Below, one piece after another: positions 41,493 through 52,984 of a stretch of 64,000 nt of DNA (position 1 is the first letter of the stretch; each line of letters begins with the position of its first letter). The stretch is taken from positions 1,426,001 to 1,490,000 of the forward strand of contig JAGIQG010000043.1 in the NCBI GenBank assembly GCA_024679065.1. Reading direction: 5' to 3'. A program made the translations under genes and the position numbers. The DNA is from Sphyrna mokarran. Taxonomy: Eukaryota. The notes beneath the pieces are model-generated. The model ran no database searches. It was not told the DNA's origin and saw only the letters and a program-made list of their open reading frames with translations.

Positions 41493-41530
41493 GATGACTG
41501 TGTGTGTGTGTGTGTGTGTTGCTTACTGCA
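40895..41530 (-). repeat. TG-rich cryptic repeat, inverted relative of 39690-40200, with an internal ~200-bp duplication
   Basis: ~41115-41260 resembles ~41310-41460. Confidence 0.9.
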
Positions 41531-42751
41531 CACTGGTAAGAGAGAGATGGAGAATTATTTTGGAGTTTCGACTGTGTGAGGCTGGTAAAAGTCTCGAAGC
41601 CTTTCTTCTTGCAGCAGGAATAATTTTCTTTTGATTAAAGTTGTGCAACTCCACCATACACGGATAGCTCGCAGTCATTATAAAAGATGGTTATTGTTAG
41701 TTTTGAGTTCCTATCTGGGAACTGATTGAAGAGTTCTGAATATGGAACAATATTGTGAGGCATTGACGTCTACAATAGGATCTTTAGTGGAAAATTTGCT
41801 CACTTATCAGGAAGCACTCACTATACGTGAACGTTGTGAAACAGTTCTCATTGGAAATATTATCAGGAAGCTGCATTTGACGAATATTTCAAACAGCAAC
41901 AGGTAAATTTCGTGCAATTTTCATCCTCTAATCGCATTTGGAATGGAAGAAGATAAAGTTTGCTGTCCTAGGTAATTCATCTACTGGACACTGTCAATGT
42001 TTAATCCCGCACTATGCAGCTACACAAATGAATCCGGTTTCGCAGCTCTTCAATTGTAATCCTCTTTTGAGACAATATGCGAATTGGAATTGATAATTAT
42101 TTATGAGGCATGTTCTAAACCCCAACACAGCGAGATTTCCAGGGAAAATTTCCCTTTCAGAAACGTCTGTGGCATCTGATGGACCCTTCCAAAATTTTAC
42201 CAAAGACACAGATGCTAAGTGATACCAGAAAAATAACTGTGAATATCCAGAAGATGTAGGTTTGCTGTGGCCCTGGAGTCACATGAAGACCAGCTAAGAA
42301 TGGCAGATTCCCTTCACAAAAGAATGTTAAAGAATGATATGTCTTTTTTTTTCCAGAAATGGTTTCATGGTCATCAATAGATTTTTACTTCCTGGTGGCA
42401 CATTGGTTCGCACTGCTGCCTCACAGCACCAGGGATTCGGTTTTGATTCCTGTGTCTGTGTGGAAATAGTGCATTCTCCCCATGTCTTTGCGGGTTTCCT
42501 CCGGGCGCTCCAGTTTCCTCCCACGTTTCTAAGGTATGCAGGTTAAGTGCACTGGCAATGCAAAGCTCTTCTTCAGTGTACCCGAACAGGTGCTGGAGTG
42601 TGATGACTAGAAGAATTCAGAATAACTTAATTGCAGTGCTAATGTCAGACTCCCTGTGACGAGTGAATAAATAACTTTACATTTGGAATTTTTTCTTGAA
42701 TTCAAACTCCACCACCTGCCGTGGCGGGTCCCTGGAATATTAGTTGGTCTT

Positions 42752-43200
42752 AGAACGTAGAACACTAGAACATAGAGCACTACAACAAAACAGGCCCTTC
42801 GGCCTACAAGTTGTGCCGATCATATATCAGTACCTACCAGGCCATAGACCTATCTGTAACTCCCAATCCCATTAAATCTCACGTACTCATCCAGAAGTCT
42901 CTTAAAAGACCCCAGCGAGTTCGCCTCTACCACCACTGAAGGCAACCGATTCCATTCACTCATCACCCTCTGAGTGAAATTACCTCTATATCTCCTCTGT
43001 GCTTCCCCGCCCCCACCCAACCCCCCCCCCCCCGCCCCCCACCAGCCAGCACCTTAAACCTGTGTCCTCTCATAGCGACCGTTTCAGTCCTGGGAAATAG
43101 CCTCCGAGAATCCACTCTATCTATCCCTCTCAACATCTCATAAAGGCCTGGCTTCCTCAACCTATCTTCATAAGGCATGTCCCCCAATCCAGACAAATCC
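42752..43200 (-). mobile_element. CR1 LINE subfamily C 3' fragment
   Basis: RGIDRVDSRRLFPR..RGHRFKVL, plus a tail. Confidence 0.8.
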
Positions 43201-43333
43201 TTTAAATCTCAAATCTAATGGATGAATTGTCTAGTGATTATATCGCAAGACTCACTCTTCCAAAAAGTTACATTACGATTCTGTACATCTACAAAGGTAC
43301 TGATAATATGACATAGAGCCAGGCATAGTGATG

Positions 43334-43351
43334 CACGTGTACGCACGCGCG

Positions 43352-43393
<42 letters not shown>

Positions 43394-43430
43394 CATACAA
43401 ATACACATACACACACACACTCACACACAG
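43334..43430. repeat. (GC)n(AC)n alternating purine-pyrimidine tract
   Basis: Seen directly in the sequence. Confidence 0.9.
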
Positions 43431-46400
43431 TCCGCCCCTCGAGATCACATAGTCTGCGACATATTTAGGAACTAAGGATCCTTAAGCAACACGAACAGCA
43501 CTTCATGAGGTTTCTGATTTCAATTGGGCATCGCGTGAACTCACCAGAAGGCAGATTTAAAAATGTACCAAATGGATGGCGCTTCTGGCCATGCTGCACT
43601 CCCCCTCATCCGAACATAGGCTTCGACTATGGCCTTATTCTGGGAGAAGGATTGAGTTTTGGGAATGTCTGAGATACAGTGTGAAATGATGCAGTTGCTT
43701 CAAATTCCATCCAGGAGAGAAGTAAAAGACAGTCTGGTGATGGATGTCTCACTTGTTGTAGACTTGTGTCAGGTCTTCCTCCATGGGAGTAGTTGTTCTA
43801 TTTTATAATGATCTCCAAAAGTGCTGTGGCGCACCAAATTATGTGCACTGATTTGTACAACATTATGTGGGAATGAAATAGCGTGGACAAGTTAAAATTA
43901 TTTTCCTTGGCGGACAATTCTCAAACCGGGAATCAAGATTTAGTTTAACTGGCAGTAAGTATAGAGGAGACATAAATAAGTTTTTTCACATAAAGGGTGG
44001 TGGGGTATCTTGAATTCGCTGGCCCAGTTGATGGTGGAGACAGAGGCCCTAATTGCTTTTGAAACGTAACTGGATCACAAGTTAGGGTCACAGGTTTAAG
44101 GTAAAGGGCGAGGTTTAACTCAGATACCAGAAGGTTGTATTTTACACAGAGGGTGTTGGAGACTTGGAATGCTCTGCCAAGCAGGGCGGTGGAGACGGAT
44201 ACGCTGGGATCATTTAAGACTTATTGGGATAGTCTCATGAGAAGACTGGGAATAGATGGATGCACAAGAATATTCTAGTTGGACCAATGAGCAGCGCAGG
44301 CTTGGAGGGCCGAAGGACCTGTTTCCTGTGCTGTATTGTTCTTTGTTCTTTGGATCAGTACTTTAAATACTGTAAGCTACATGTAGGAAAGTTGGTTGCA
44401 TCAGGAAAGTGGGATTAGAATGGGCACCTTTGTTTCCTCGGGCTAGTATTGAAAGGATGGGGCGAATATCCGCCTTCTGTTTAACATACCTATGATTCTA
44501 AAAGGATATTGAACGTACTGTGATCTAGATCTGGTAGGTGCTGGGAGGATATTCCCGATGGCGCATGAGTCCCGAACCAAGCGTCACAATCTGAGGATTC
44601 AAGGTGGACTATTTAGGATGCAAGTGAGGAGATATTTCTTCACCTAGAGTGGGGTGAACCTGTGAATTCATTACTACTGGGACTGATGCCAAATATTGAA
44701 TGTATACAAGAGCTGGCTGGTTGTATCACTTGTGGCGAATGGGATCAAAGGGAAAAAGCAGGATTAAGCTATTGAGCTGAATGATGAGCCATGATCGCAA
44801 TGAATGACCGCCTCTTTCTTCTCTCTTCTATGCTTCTATGACACGTGCCCGAATTGCCTGCCCGAATTGACCTGATCAATCATATTCGGACATACCATAA
44901 CCAGCCTCAAAATCACTAATGGTCCTCATTGGACCTCATTGATGATGTTGGACGAAAAACAACATGTTTCTATTAACTCGAATTCAGGAGCTTTCTAATT
45001 TTAAACGGTACTGATTCTTGCCTGACAACAAGTTCGACAACATTTTGGACCTCTCTTCACTGAATTGCAGTGTAACGTGGTGGGGATATTTCATTGAAAT
45101 TAGAGGAACAGACAGTCTCAACAACGTCTCTCGCATGATCAGCCTATTTAATTTCCCATTAACCAAACGGTCCAGTTCCTTTACATTCCCTTATCGATTC
45201 CCCAGCCCCAGTTGTACAATAATATCAGTGGTAGTTCCTGCTGATAGAAACTTGTGATACAGCGCCCCACTGGTGGTCAAAGTCGATATAATATTCCAGT
45301 CAGGAGGTTCTTAGAACATAGAACACTACAGCACGAACAGGCCCTTCGGTCCACAAGTTGCACCGATCATATCCATACCTACCAGGCCATAGAACTATCT
45401 ATAACTCCCAATCCCATTAATACATCCGCACATCAGTTCGGAGGTCAGATTTTTGTTTGTCATGTTTGCCATAGGGGCGTGGATGAGTTGCAGATATATG
45501 AATTGAATGGCCACCTTCTGCACTGCAGGGATTCTATGGTTCTATGAAAAGAAGATTGATTGAAATTGAAACAAATGCGTCATTTCCAGCCTGTCAACGG
45601 TGTAACTTCTTGCGTGCCAAGGGCATTAATAATCCAACCTCAACTTCTTAAAGTTTACTTATTAGCAGAGCACTCGGGGGAAAACCCATGCAGTCACGGG
45701 CGGAGAACGTGCAGTCTCCGCACCGACAGTGGTACACGGCTGGGAATCTAACCGGGGTTCGAGGAGCTGCGAGGGAGCAGTGAGGACCACAGCTCACAGT
45801 CTCGAAGCAGTGTGGGATGTGATCGGGTGGGTAAATGGAGGCTGTTGTGTTTGCAAATCCTTCGAAATCTGCCACCAATTTCCACTAGAAACCAATCTTG
45901 CCGAATTGTTATCTTGCACGTTTGTAGATACTACACAGTATGATCTGAGTACGCCGGTAGTGAATGGATTAATAACGGTGGCGCAGTGGTTAACTCTGCT
46001 GTCTCTCAGCACCAGACACTGAGTTTGATTCCTGGCTTGGGTCTCTGTCTATCTGTAGACTGTATGTTCGTGTGGGTTTCCTTCCGTGATCTGGTATCCT
46101 CCCACAGACTGAAACACAGAGTGTTTGATTAGGTGCGTTATCATGCACAATTCATGCTTAGTACTCCTGAACAGGCACTGGAGTGTGGCGACTAGGGGAC
46201 TTTCGCCATAAATTAGTGGCGGTGTTAATTGCATTATTTTTGCAGTAACTTAATTGCACGCCGGCTTAAAGGAAACTAGTAAATACACTTTAAATATACT
46301 TTCTGCAGAGACTACATAAGGTGTTTGAATATAGCGCACTGGAAATTCTGTCTCAGCGTTTCCTGTTTACCGTGCAGGAGCCTACCCACATCTCAGGCCG

Positions 46401-47409
46401 CAAAAAGAAGCATGTCTCTGCTCTGTGCTAAACAATAATGAAAAACAATGCACATCAAAAATGTTTCAAACTAAGGAGCAAAGACAATGTTGTTGAAATA
46501 ACAATATTACTGCCTGTTGCATTCCCCTGCGCAATGGGGCTATCGCTCTAATTCGGATTATGTTTACATCAGCCTGAACATATTCTGTTATCAAAAATAG
46601 CGTAGCAGATTGAAGGAAGGTAGAACAAGAAATTGATGTCTAAAAAATTGTGCCATCCGATATTTGTCTCCCTGTCTACCTCTTTATTTTGTAACCATTC
46701 CTCTCAAACAGCGACACATCAGCATCTCGCCACTGATTATACTTAATGTGGAGATGCCGGCGTTGGACTGGAGTAAACACAGTAAGAAGTCTCACAACAC
46801 CAGGTTTAAATCCAACCAGTTTATTTGGTAGTAATTTCACAAGCTTTCAGAAATGGTGTTCCTTCGTCAGGTGTGTGCAATGTTCTGATCAGGAAAAAGG
46901 CACACAGTTTACAGAATAGTGATTGGAATTCTCATACTAATGTGAATACTAATCGGTACTCTGTGAACTTTATGTGTGTTGTGAGGCTTCTTACTGTACT
47001 GATTATACTTCCCAGGAATCTCCTCACATCCCCACTTCATCTCAAACTCACCACCATATCAGTGTATTCCTTTTGCCTTCATTGGTTTATCCAGCTATTC
47101 CAATGCATGCTTAACTGCTGATCGTGAGTGCTAAAGCACTCACTGTTGGAGTTACTCCCACATTCTCCCCACTCGCTGAGTGAACACATTCCTCATGAAA
47201 TCTCAGCTGGCTTTATTGGAGACTATTAATGGTCCCTTTTTCTCTCTCAACAACTGATTCCTTCAGAGATTGCAATCTATTTATAAGCTCGTAGAATCTC
47301 TAAACTGCAGCAGGAGGCTGTAGGCCCACCGCCACCGAGACAGCGCCAACAGCCGAAAAGAACAACTAAAGCAGACCTTTAAACATCCACATGTTAACCT
47401 CGCTAAAAC

Positions 47410-47800
47410 CCTTACTTTACACATTATTGGACACTTTGGGGCTATTTAGCATGGGCAATCCCCTCTAACTTATTCATCATTGGACACTAGGTGGGTATTG
47501 AGCACAGCCAATTCACCTAACCTTCACATTTGTGGACGCTAAGGGACAATTTAGCATGATCAGTCAACCCAAAATTGCATCTTTGAATAGTAAACGGGGC
47601 AACTTGTCAGGCCAATTTTATCTAACCTTCACATCTTGGGACACTAAGGGGAAATTCAGTATAGCATGTTCACCCAACTTGCACATTTTGGACACGAAGG
47701 GGCAATTCAGTATTGGCCATCCATTTAACCTGCACATCTTTGGTCACTAAAGCGAATTCACATGGCCAATACACCTAACACGAATATTTTTGGAGATTGC
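47410..47800 (-). repeat. Tandem ~50-bp expansion inside an HE1-like SINE
   Basis: Repeated unit GGACACTAAGGGGCAATTTAGCATGGCCAATCCACCTAACCTGCACATCTTT. Confidence 0.8.
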
Positions 47801-47959
47801 GGAAGGAAACCGGGACAGCTGGAGAAAACACATCCAATCACAGATTGAAACACAAACTGCACACAATCACCGGCTGGATTCAAAACCAGCTCTCTGGCGT
47901 TGGTAGGCAGCAGTATTAACTACAGTGTCATCGCCTTTAGACATTTTTTTTCGCTGGAG

Positions 47960-48570
47960 AACTGGAATTCTTGTCCAGGAATATTACAGAGAAGCTGGAA
48001 GTCTTAAAGCTCTTCAAGGTAGATAGATCTGAAGGACCTAATGAGGTACATCCCAGGACGTTGTGGGAAGCTCGGAAGGAAATCGCGAATCCCCTAGCCG
48101 AGATATTTGAATCATCAATAGTCATGAATGAGGCATCTGAAGATTGGAGAGTGGCAAATGTTGTGACTTTGTTTAAGAAGAGCTGTAGGAAAAAAAGAAA
48201 ACTACAGGCCAGCGAGTCTCTCTTCTGTGATGGGTAAATTGTTGGGAGCTATTTTGAGACGGAGGATCTAGTTGCATTTAGATTAATGAGGAACAGCCAG
48301 CTTGGTTATGTGAGTGGAAAGTGATGTCTCACAAATTTAATTGAGTTTTTTGAAGGGGTAACCAAGAAGTTAGATGAGAACAGTGCAGTTCATGTTATCT
48401 ACCTGGACGTTAGCAAGGCCTTTGACAAGATACCACATGGTAGGCTGTTACAAAAGGTTAAATATAATGGAATCCAGAGTGAGTTTTCTAAATGGATACA
48501 AAATTGGTTTCTTGACAGAAGCCAGAGAGTGGCTATGGAGTGTTGTTTTTCAAACTGGAGCCTGGGATCA
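47960..48570 (+). mobile_element. Degenerate CR1 RT fragment
   Basis: PRTLWEARKEIA, EDWRVANVV and SKAFDK remnants. Confidence 0.75.
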
Positions 48571-49082
48571 GAGATGTATCGCAGGCATCAGTAACAGCAA
48601 ATAAAAGCTCGGGATATGATCACCTCTGCAGATTTCATATTCATGTACCCGTAATTCCCAGCTAATTCTTAAATTGCCTAGTCACTTCTTAACCTCACTT
48701 CCAACGCAGATTCACTCTACAATATCCTTGTTAGTCAGCTGAATGGACCACCCTAAACACATTTGGATTGATCCTTTAAAGAAACTTTAATTATACAGCT
48801 TACGTTGCTTTTCAAACTCTGTTTTAGTATATCCCATTATGCTTTGCTCACATAATGTATAAAATGCAGCATGGAACTAAAGACGTCGATGGAGGAAATT
48901 AGAAACCTGAAAAAGGCTCAAGTTGAACCACAAGCGTTATTTAATTGTAGAATAGTTGTCATTAGGAAAATTAAAATAGTGACACCACTGTAAAACTTGA
49001 GCCATAAATCTGTCTGAAGCTGGACATATACATATATATATATATGTGGTATATGTTCAGAACTTCTCTCTTTCCGCTCCAG

Positions 49083-49127
49083 TTAGAGTGTTGGATCCGC
49101 GTTAAAGGCCAGGCGAGCATAAAGCGT
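49083..49127 (-). CDS. VJ-C1 receptor exon 6: terminal cytoplasmic exon TLYARLAFNADPTL* (ITIM/ITSM-like)
   Basis: Acceptor tactttttatccacag, phase 0 matching exon 5. Encodes a TxYxxL motif then TAA. ATTAAA poly(A)-type hexamers lie downstream on the - strand (48940-48945, 48786-48791). Confidence 0.78.
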   Translation of the reverse strand, partial: TLYARLAFNADPTL

Positions 49128-49599
49128 CTGTGGATAAAAAGTAAGTTATTAATGCAATCCACACCAATATGGACGATAGATAAGGCCATTGATCCCATGT
49201 ACTCCAGAAAAAAAAAGACATTCAAGTCTGCACCGACTCCCTGACAGACAATCAGCCATGCTGTATTGTCCTTTAGAGTCTCAAGACGCGTAGGCTGGAG
49301 AGTTAACGCATGGGATTACGAGAATAGGTTCTCGATACAATGTCAGTGCAGAGTTGATGATCTGAATGCAGAGATTGCATGCGTCATGTGTCACTATCTA
49401 ACAATATGTAGGTTAGATGGATTAAGCATGACACAATGTCATGTAGAGTCCAAAGATCGGGGGTTTGGTCATGCTAAATCACCTCTTAGTATCCAAAGAT
49501 ATGTAATTTAGGTTGATGGACCATGCTAAATTCCTCTTAACATCCAAGGATCTTTAAGCCCTTGCACCTCGCTGTACTTGTGATCCCACGTTTGTTTGT

Positions 49600-50175
49600 T
49601 ATAGCTAACCCATCTAACCTATGCATTTTTGCACACTAAAGGGTAATTTGACAGGGCTCATCCATCTTACATACACATCTTTGCATATTAAGGAGAAATT
49701 TAGCAAGGCTAATCCATCTAATCTACAGATATATGCACTCCAAGCGCAATTTAGTGCGGCTAATTGACAACATTTACTAAGTTTTCGACATTCAACAGTA
49801 ATTTAACATGGCCATTGCTCCCATCTTTGGATACTATGGGAGAATTTGTAATTGAAAATCCATCTACTGCACACGTGTTTGTACACCAAAGGGCTAAACT
49901 ATTTAAGCTAAACGTCTGTGGGCTCCAAGTGGCAATTTAGAATGTCTAGTCCACCTAATTTACAAAGTTTGAACAATAGAGTCAATTTAAGACGGCTAAG
50001 CCATCTAACCTACACATAAATTGGACTCTAATAGGTCATTTAGCATGGTCAATCCACGTAACATGCACATCTTTTGACATTAAGACATAATTTAGACGCG
50101 AATCCCCACATCCATTGACACAAAGGGAAATTTTGACATGACAAATCCAGTTAATCTACATACCTTTGGACTGCG
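49600..50175 (-). repeat. Tandem ~50-bp SINE-derived array in the last intron of the VJ-C1 gene
   Basis: Same unit as 47410-47800, about 11 degenerate copies. Confidence 0.75.
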
Positions 50176-52157
50176 ACTTATGACACATCCAATTTCGACA
50201 TTCGACGCACTGAGTCTGCGCTACCTTTCCGAAAGAGCATTATGCTGAGATCCTATCCTTGTAAAGCCACATGTGAAATTCTCTAATCCCCCTAATCTGC
50301 ACATTTTGAGATGCTAACGGGAACTTTAGCATGGCTGATCCACCTAACATACAAATTTCTGTACTGTGACGGAAAACCAGAAAACTCAGATGAAACTCAT
50401 GTAGGCGCAGGGGGAACGAGGAAATCACATTACTAGTCATCTAAGGCCAACATTGAACGCGTTCCTTGGAGCATTGAGGCGGTAGTGCTAACCACTGTGC
50501 CACCGTCCTCCAAACTTAATCATGGCTAAAGGCACAATATCGCACATACCCTCTTTGTTCCTTCAAACCTTAATTCATTCCTTAAGAAAAACTATTCACA
50601 TCAGTTCCAATTGATCATTACTGTATATGTTTTTTTTTGTTGGAGATTTTTCCAGAATTCCATTCTTCTTAGTATAAAGAAGTGCTTCCTCAGTCACCTC
50701 TGAGAAAGGTTTTTATTTTCATGCTCTGCTTCCTTGTCTGCGATTTCCCCACTGGAAGAGAGCACACAGCTTTTCTCTCCCTGTCCTATCGAATTGTGTA
50801 ACCATCAAAAGCGTCATAATGTGTTGACTGTTAAAACTTCTAATCGAGAAGTTGCACAAACCTAGTTTGTACGATGTTGTAGTGAGAATTATGCAAAGCT
50901 TTCTCGACAAATATTTTCAACCAGCTCTGAAGAGGACTTTTACATATGGACTGGTCCAAAGAAAATAAAAGCGCCAGATAGAATATAACTCTGAAAATTG
51001 TCAGGTGATGCACTTTGGAAGCAGTAATTTAACAAGGAAATGCTCGATGAACGGGATAACAGTAGGAACAAAAGACTTGTTAGTTCACCGACTGGCACGG
51101 TGGCCCAGTGTTTAGCACTGCTGCCTCACAGTACCAGAGATTCGTGTTCAATTCCTGGCTTGGGTCGCTTTCTGTGCAGAGCTTGTGCGTTCTCCCCGTG
51201 TAGGTTTCCTCCAGGTGTTCCAGTTTCCTCCCATGGCACAAAGATAGATTAGGTGCACTGACAATGCTAAATTGTGCCTTGATGTTCTGGGGTGCGTAGG
51301 TTACCATAGAAATCATAGAATCATAGAACCTACAGTGCAGAAAGAGGCCATTTGGTCCATCGAGTCTGCAGCGACTATAATCCCACCAATTCCTTAGCTC
51401 CATACCCCTACATATTTATCGACTAATCCCTCTAACCTACATATATCAGAACATGAAGGGGCAATAGAGGATTAGCGGGTAAATGTGTAGGTTACGGGCT
51501 GAGTTGGGATTGATGACGCTGCAGACTCGATGGGCCCAATGGCCCCAATCTGCATTGTAGGCTTCTAAGATCTCTGAAGTCTGAAGGGTATATTAGTAAA
51601 GTGGTGAAAAAGGCATATGGGGCATATATCATTTTTTTTTAAGTCGAGTCTCAGATTACAAAAACTGCGAGGTCATGTTGGAGCTCTATGCAACTTTGGT
51701 AAGTTCACTGTTAGAGTACCGTGTGCAGTTTCGATTGCCACGTTATAGGCGGGATGCGATTGCAGTGGAGGGGGTGCAAAGGAGATTCACTCGGATGCTG
51801 CCGAGGATGGAAACATTAAGTAATGAAGAATAGTTGGGTTGGCTTGTGTTGTTTTCATTGGAGCAGAGAAGACTAAGGGTGACCTGATTGATGTGTACGG
51901 GATTATGAGGGACATGAATAAAATACATTATTATTGAACAGCTTTCCCCTTAGTTGAAAGGTCAGTCACAAAGCGGCATATGTGTGATTCTATTATTCTA
52001 TAAGACTCGACTTATTTTTCGTCCCTTTACAGATGTTGCTAGATCTGCTGATATTTTCATCATTTCCTCTTCGTATCATAAATTACAAATCTTGGATTAA
52101 TGTTTTCTGAAAAAAAAACATCCGTTTGTAACGGCAGTAATAACTCCATTCATTTAC

Positions 52158-52216
52158 CTCTTCGTGCTCTTTGTCTTCTCTGCAATCCGTCACTTCCTTG
52201 CCACTGCTCGCCGTGC
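52158..52216 (-). CDS. VJ-C1 receptor exon 5: cytoplasmic (GTASSGKEVTDCREDKEHEE)
   Basis: Acceptor cctttttctaacag, donor GAG|GTAAAT, 59 nt, phase 1-0, open frame, 134 bp downstream of the TM exon. Confidence 0.8.
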
Positions 52217-52350
52217 CTGTTAGAAAAAGGAATTTAAGTTGAGTCTAGATGACTATACTTCACCCTAACCTGCTCAAGACGTCCATAAAAACGTCCACAA
52301 TGGATGAATGGAGAGCACGAAAAGTCAAAGCATCCCCCGATTACCGTTAC

Positions 52351-52470
52351 CTCTCTGCCGGTTGCTGAAGCCTCTTCTCCCGACCACAAGGCCCAATCCC
52401 AGGAGGAGAATTGCCACGAGTGACAAAGTCCCGGAAAACAGGAAAGTGCAGTTGGTCAGGTGCAAAGAAT
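52351..52470 (-). CDS. VJ-C1 receptor exon 4: short stalk plus transmembrane segment (DSLHLTNCTFLFSGTLSLVAILLLGLGLVVGRRGFSNRQR)
   Basis: Acceptor ttttttctatttgcag, donor AGAG|GTAACG, 120 nt, phase 1-1. It encodes a ~22-aa hydrophobic run followed by a basic stop-transfer RR. Not present in the ORF track in this frame. Confidence 0.88.
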
Positions 52471-52984
52471 CTGCAAATAGAAAAAATAAATTTCAGTTCA
52501 AATAAAGAATTGTGGAAATGTTTAGACAATCGAAGAATGTTTTTCAACGATCCCTGTCTAATTTCATCCGAGAATAGAAAGAGGTTTTGTCTATATTTCC
52601 ATGGGACATGCTGACTGGTCAGAATATATTGCCCCTCCCTAGTGGTCGTTGAAGGGCAGCTGAGTAACCATGTTACTCTGGATCTCGAGTCACATGTAGA
52701 CCAGGCCAGGTAAGAATGGCTAATTTCATTCCCTAAGGAAATTAGTGAACCAGATGGACTTGTTCAAAAAATTCTCTATTGTTTCGTGGTCATCAATCGA
52801 TTCGTCTTTCCACATACTTCCTGTTGAATACCATAGCGTTATTCGAATTGGGTACACAGGATATTAGTTGAGTTTCTGGATTAATGGACTATCTTGGATT
52901 AATAACTGGATGAATTCAATTAGGCCATAGGCTTTCACTATTTCACTACAATTTAATAGAGCAGGATCTTATATGGCACACTTT

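Noticed and set aside
39653-41533. Long His/Thr- or Cys/Val-rich ORFs (up to 203 aa)
   Set aside because: These are translations of CA/TG repeats.
45258-45280. CTCF-like motif (reverse complement CCACCAGTGGGGCGCTG) between the two genes
   Set aside because: The spacing is off by one base from the consensus core, so it cannot be supported without a PWM scan or ChIP.
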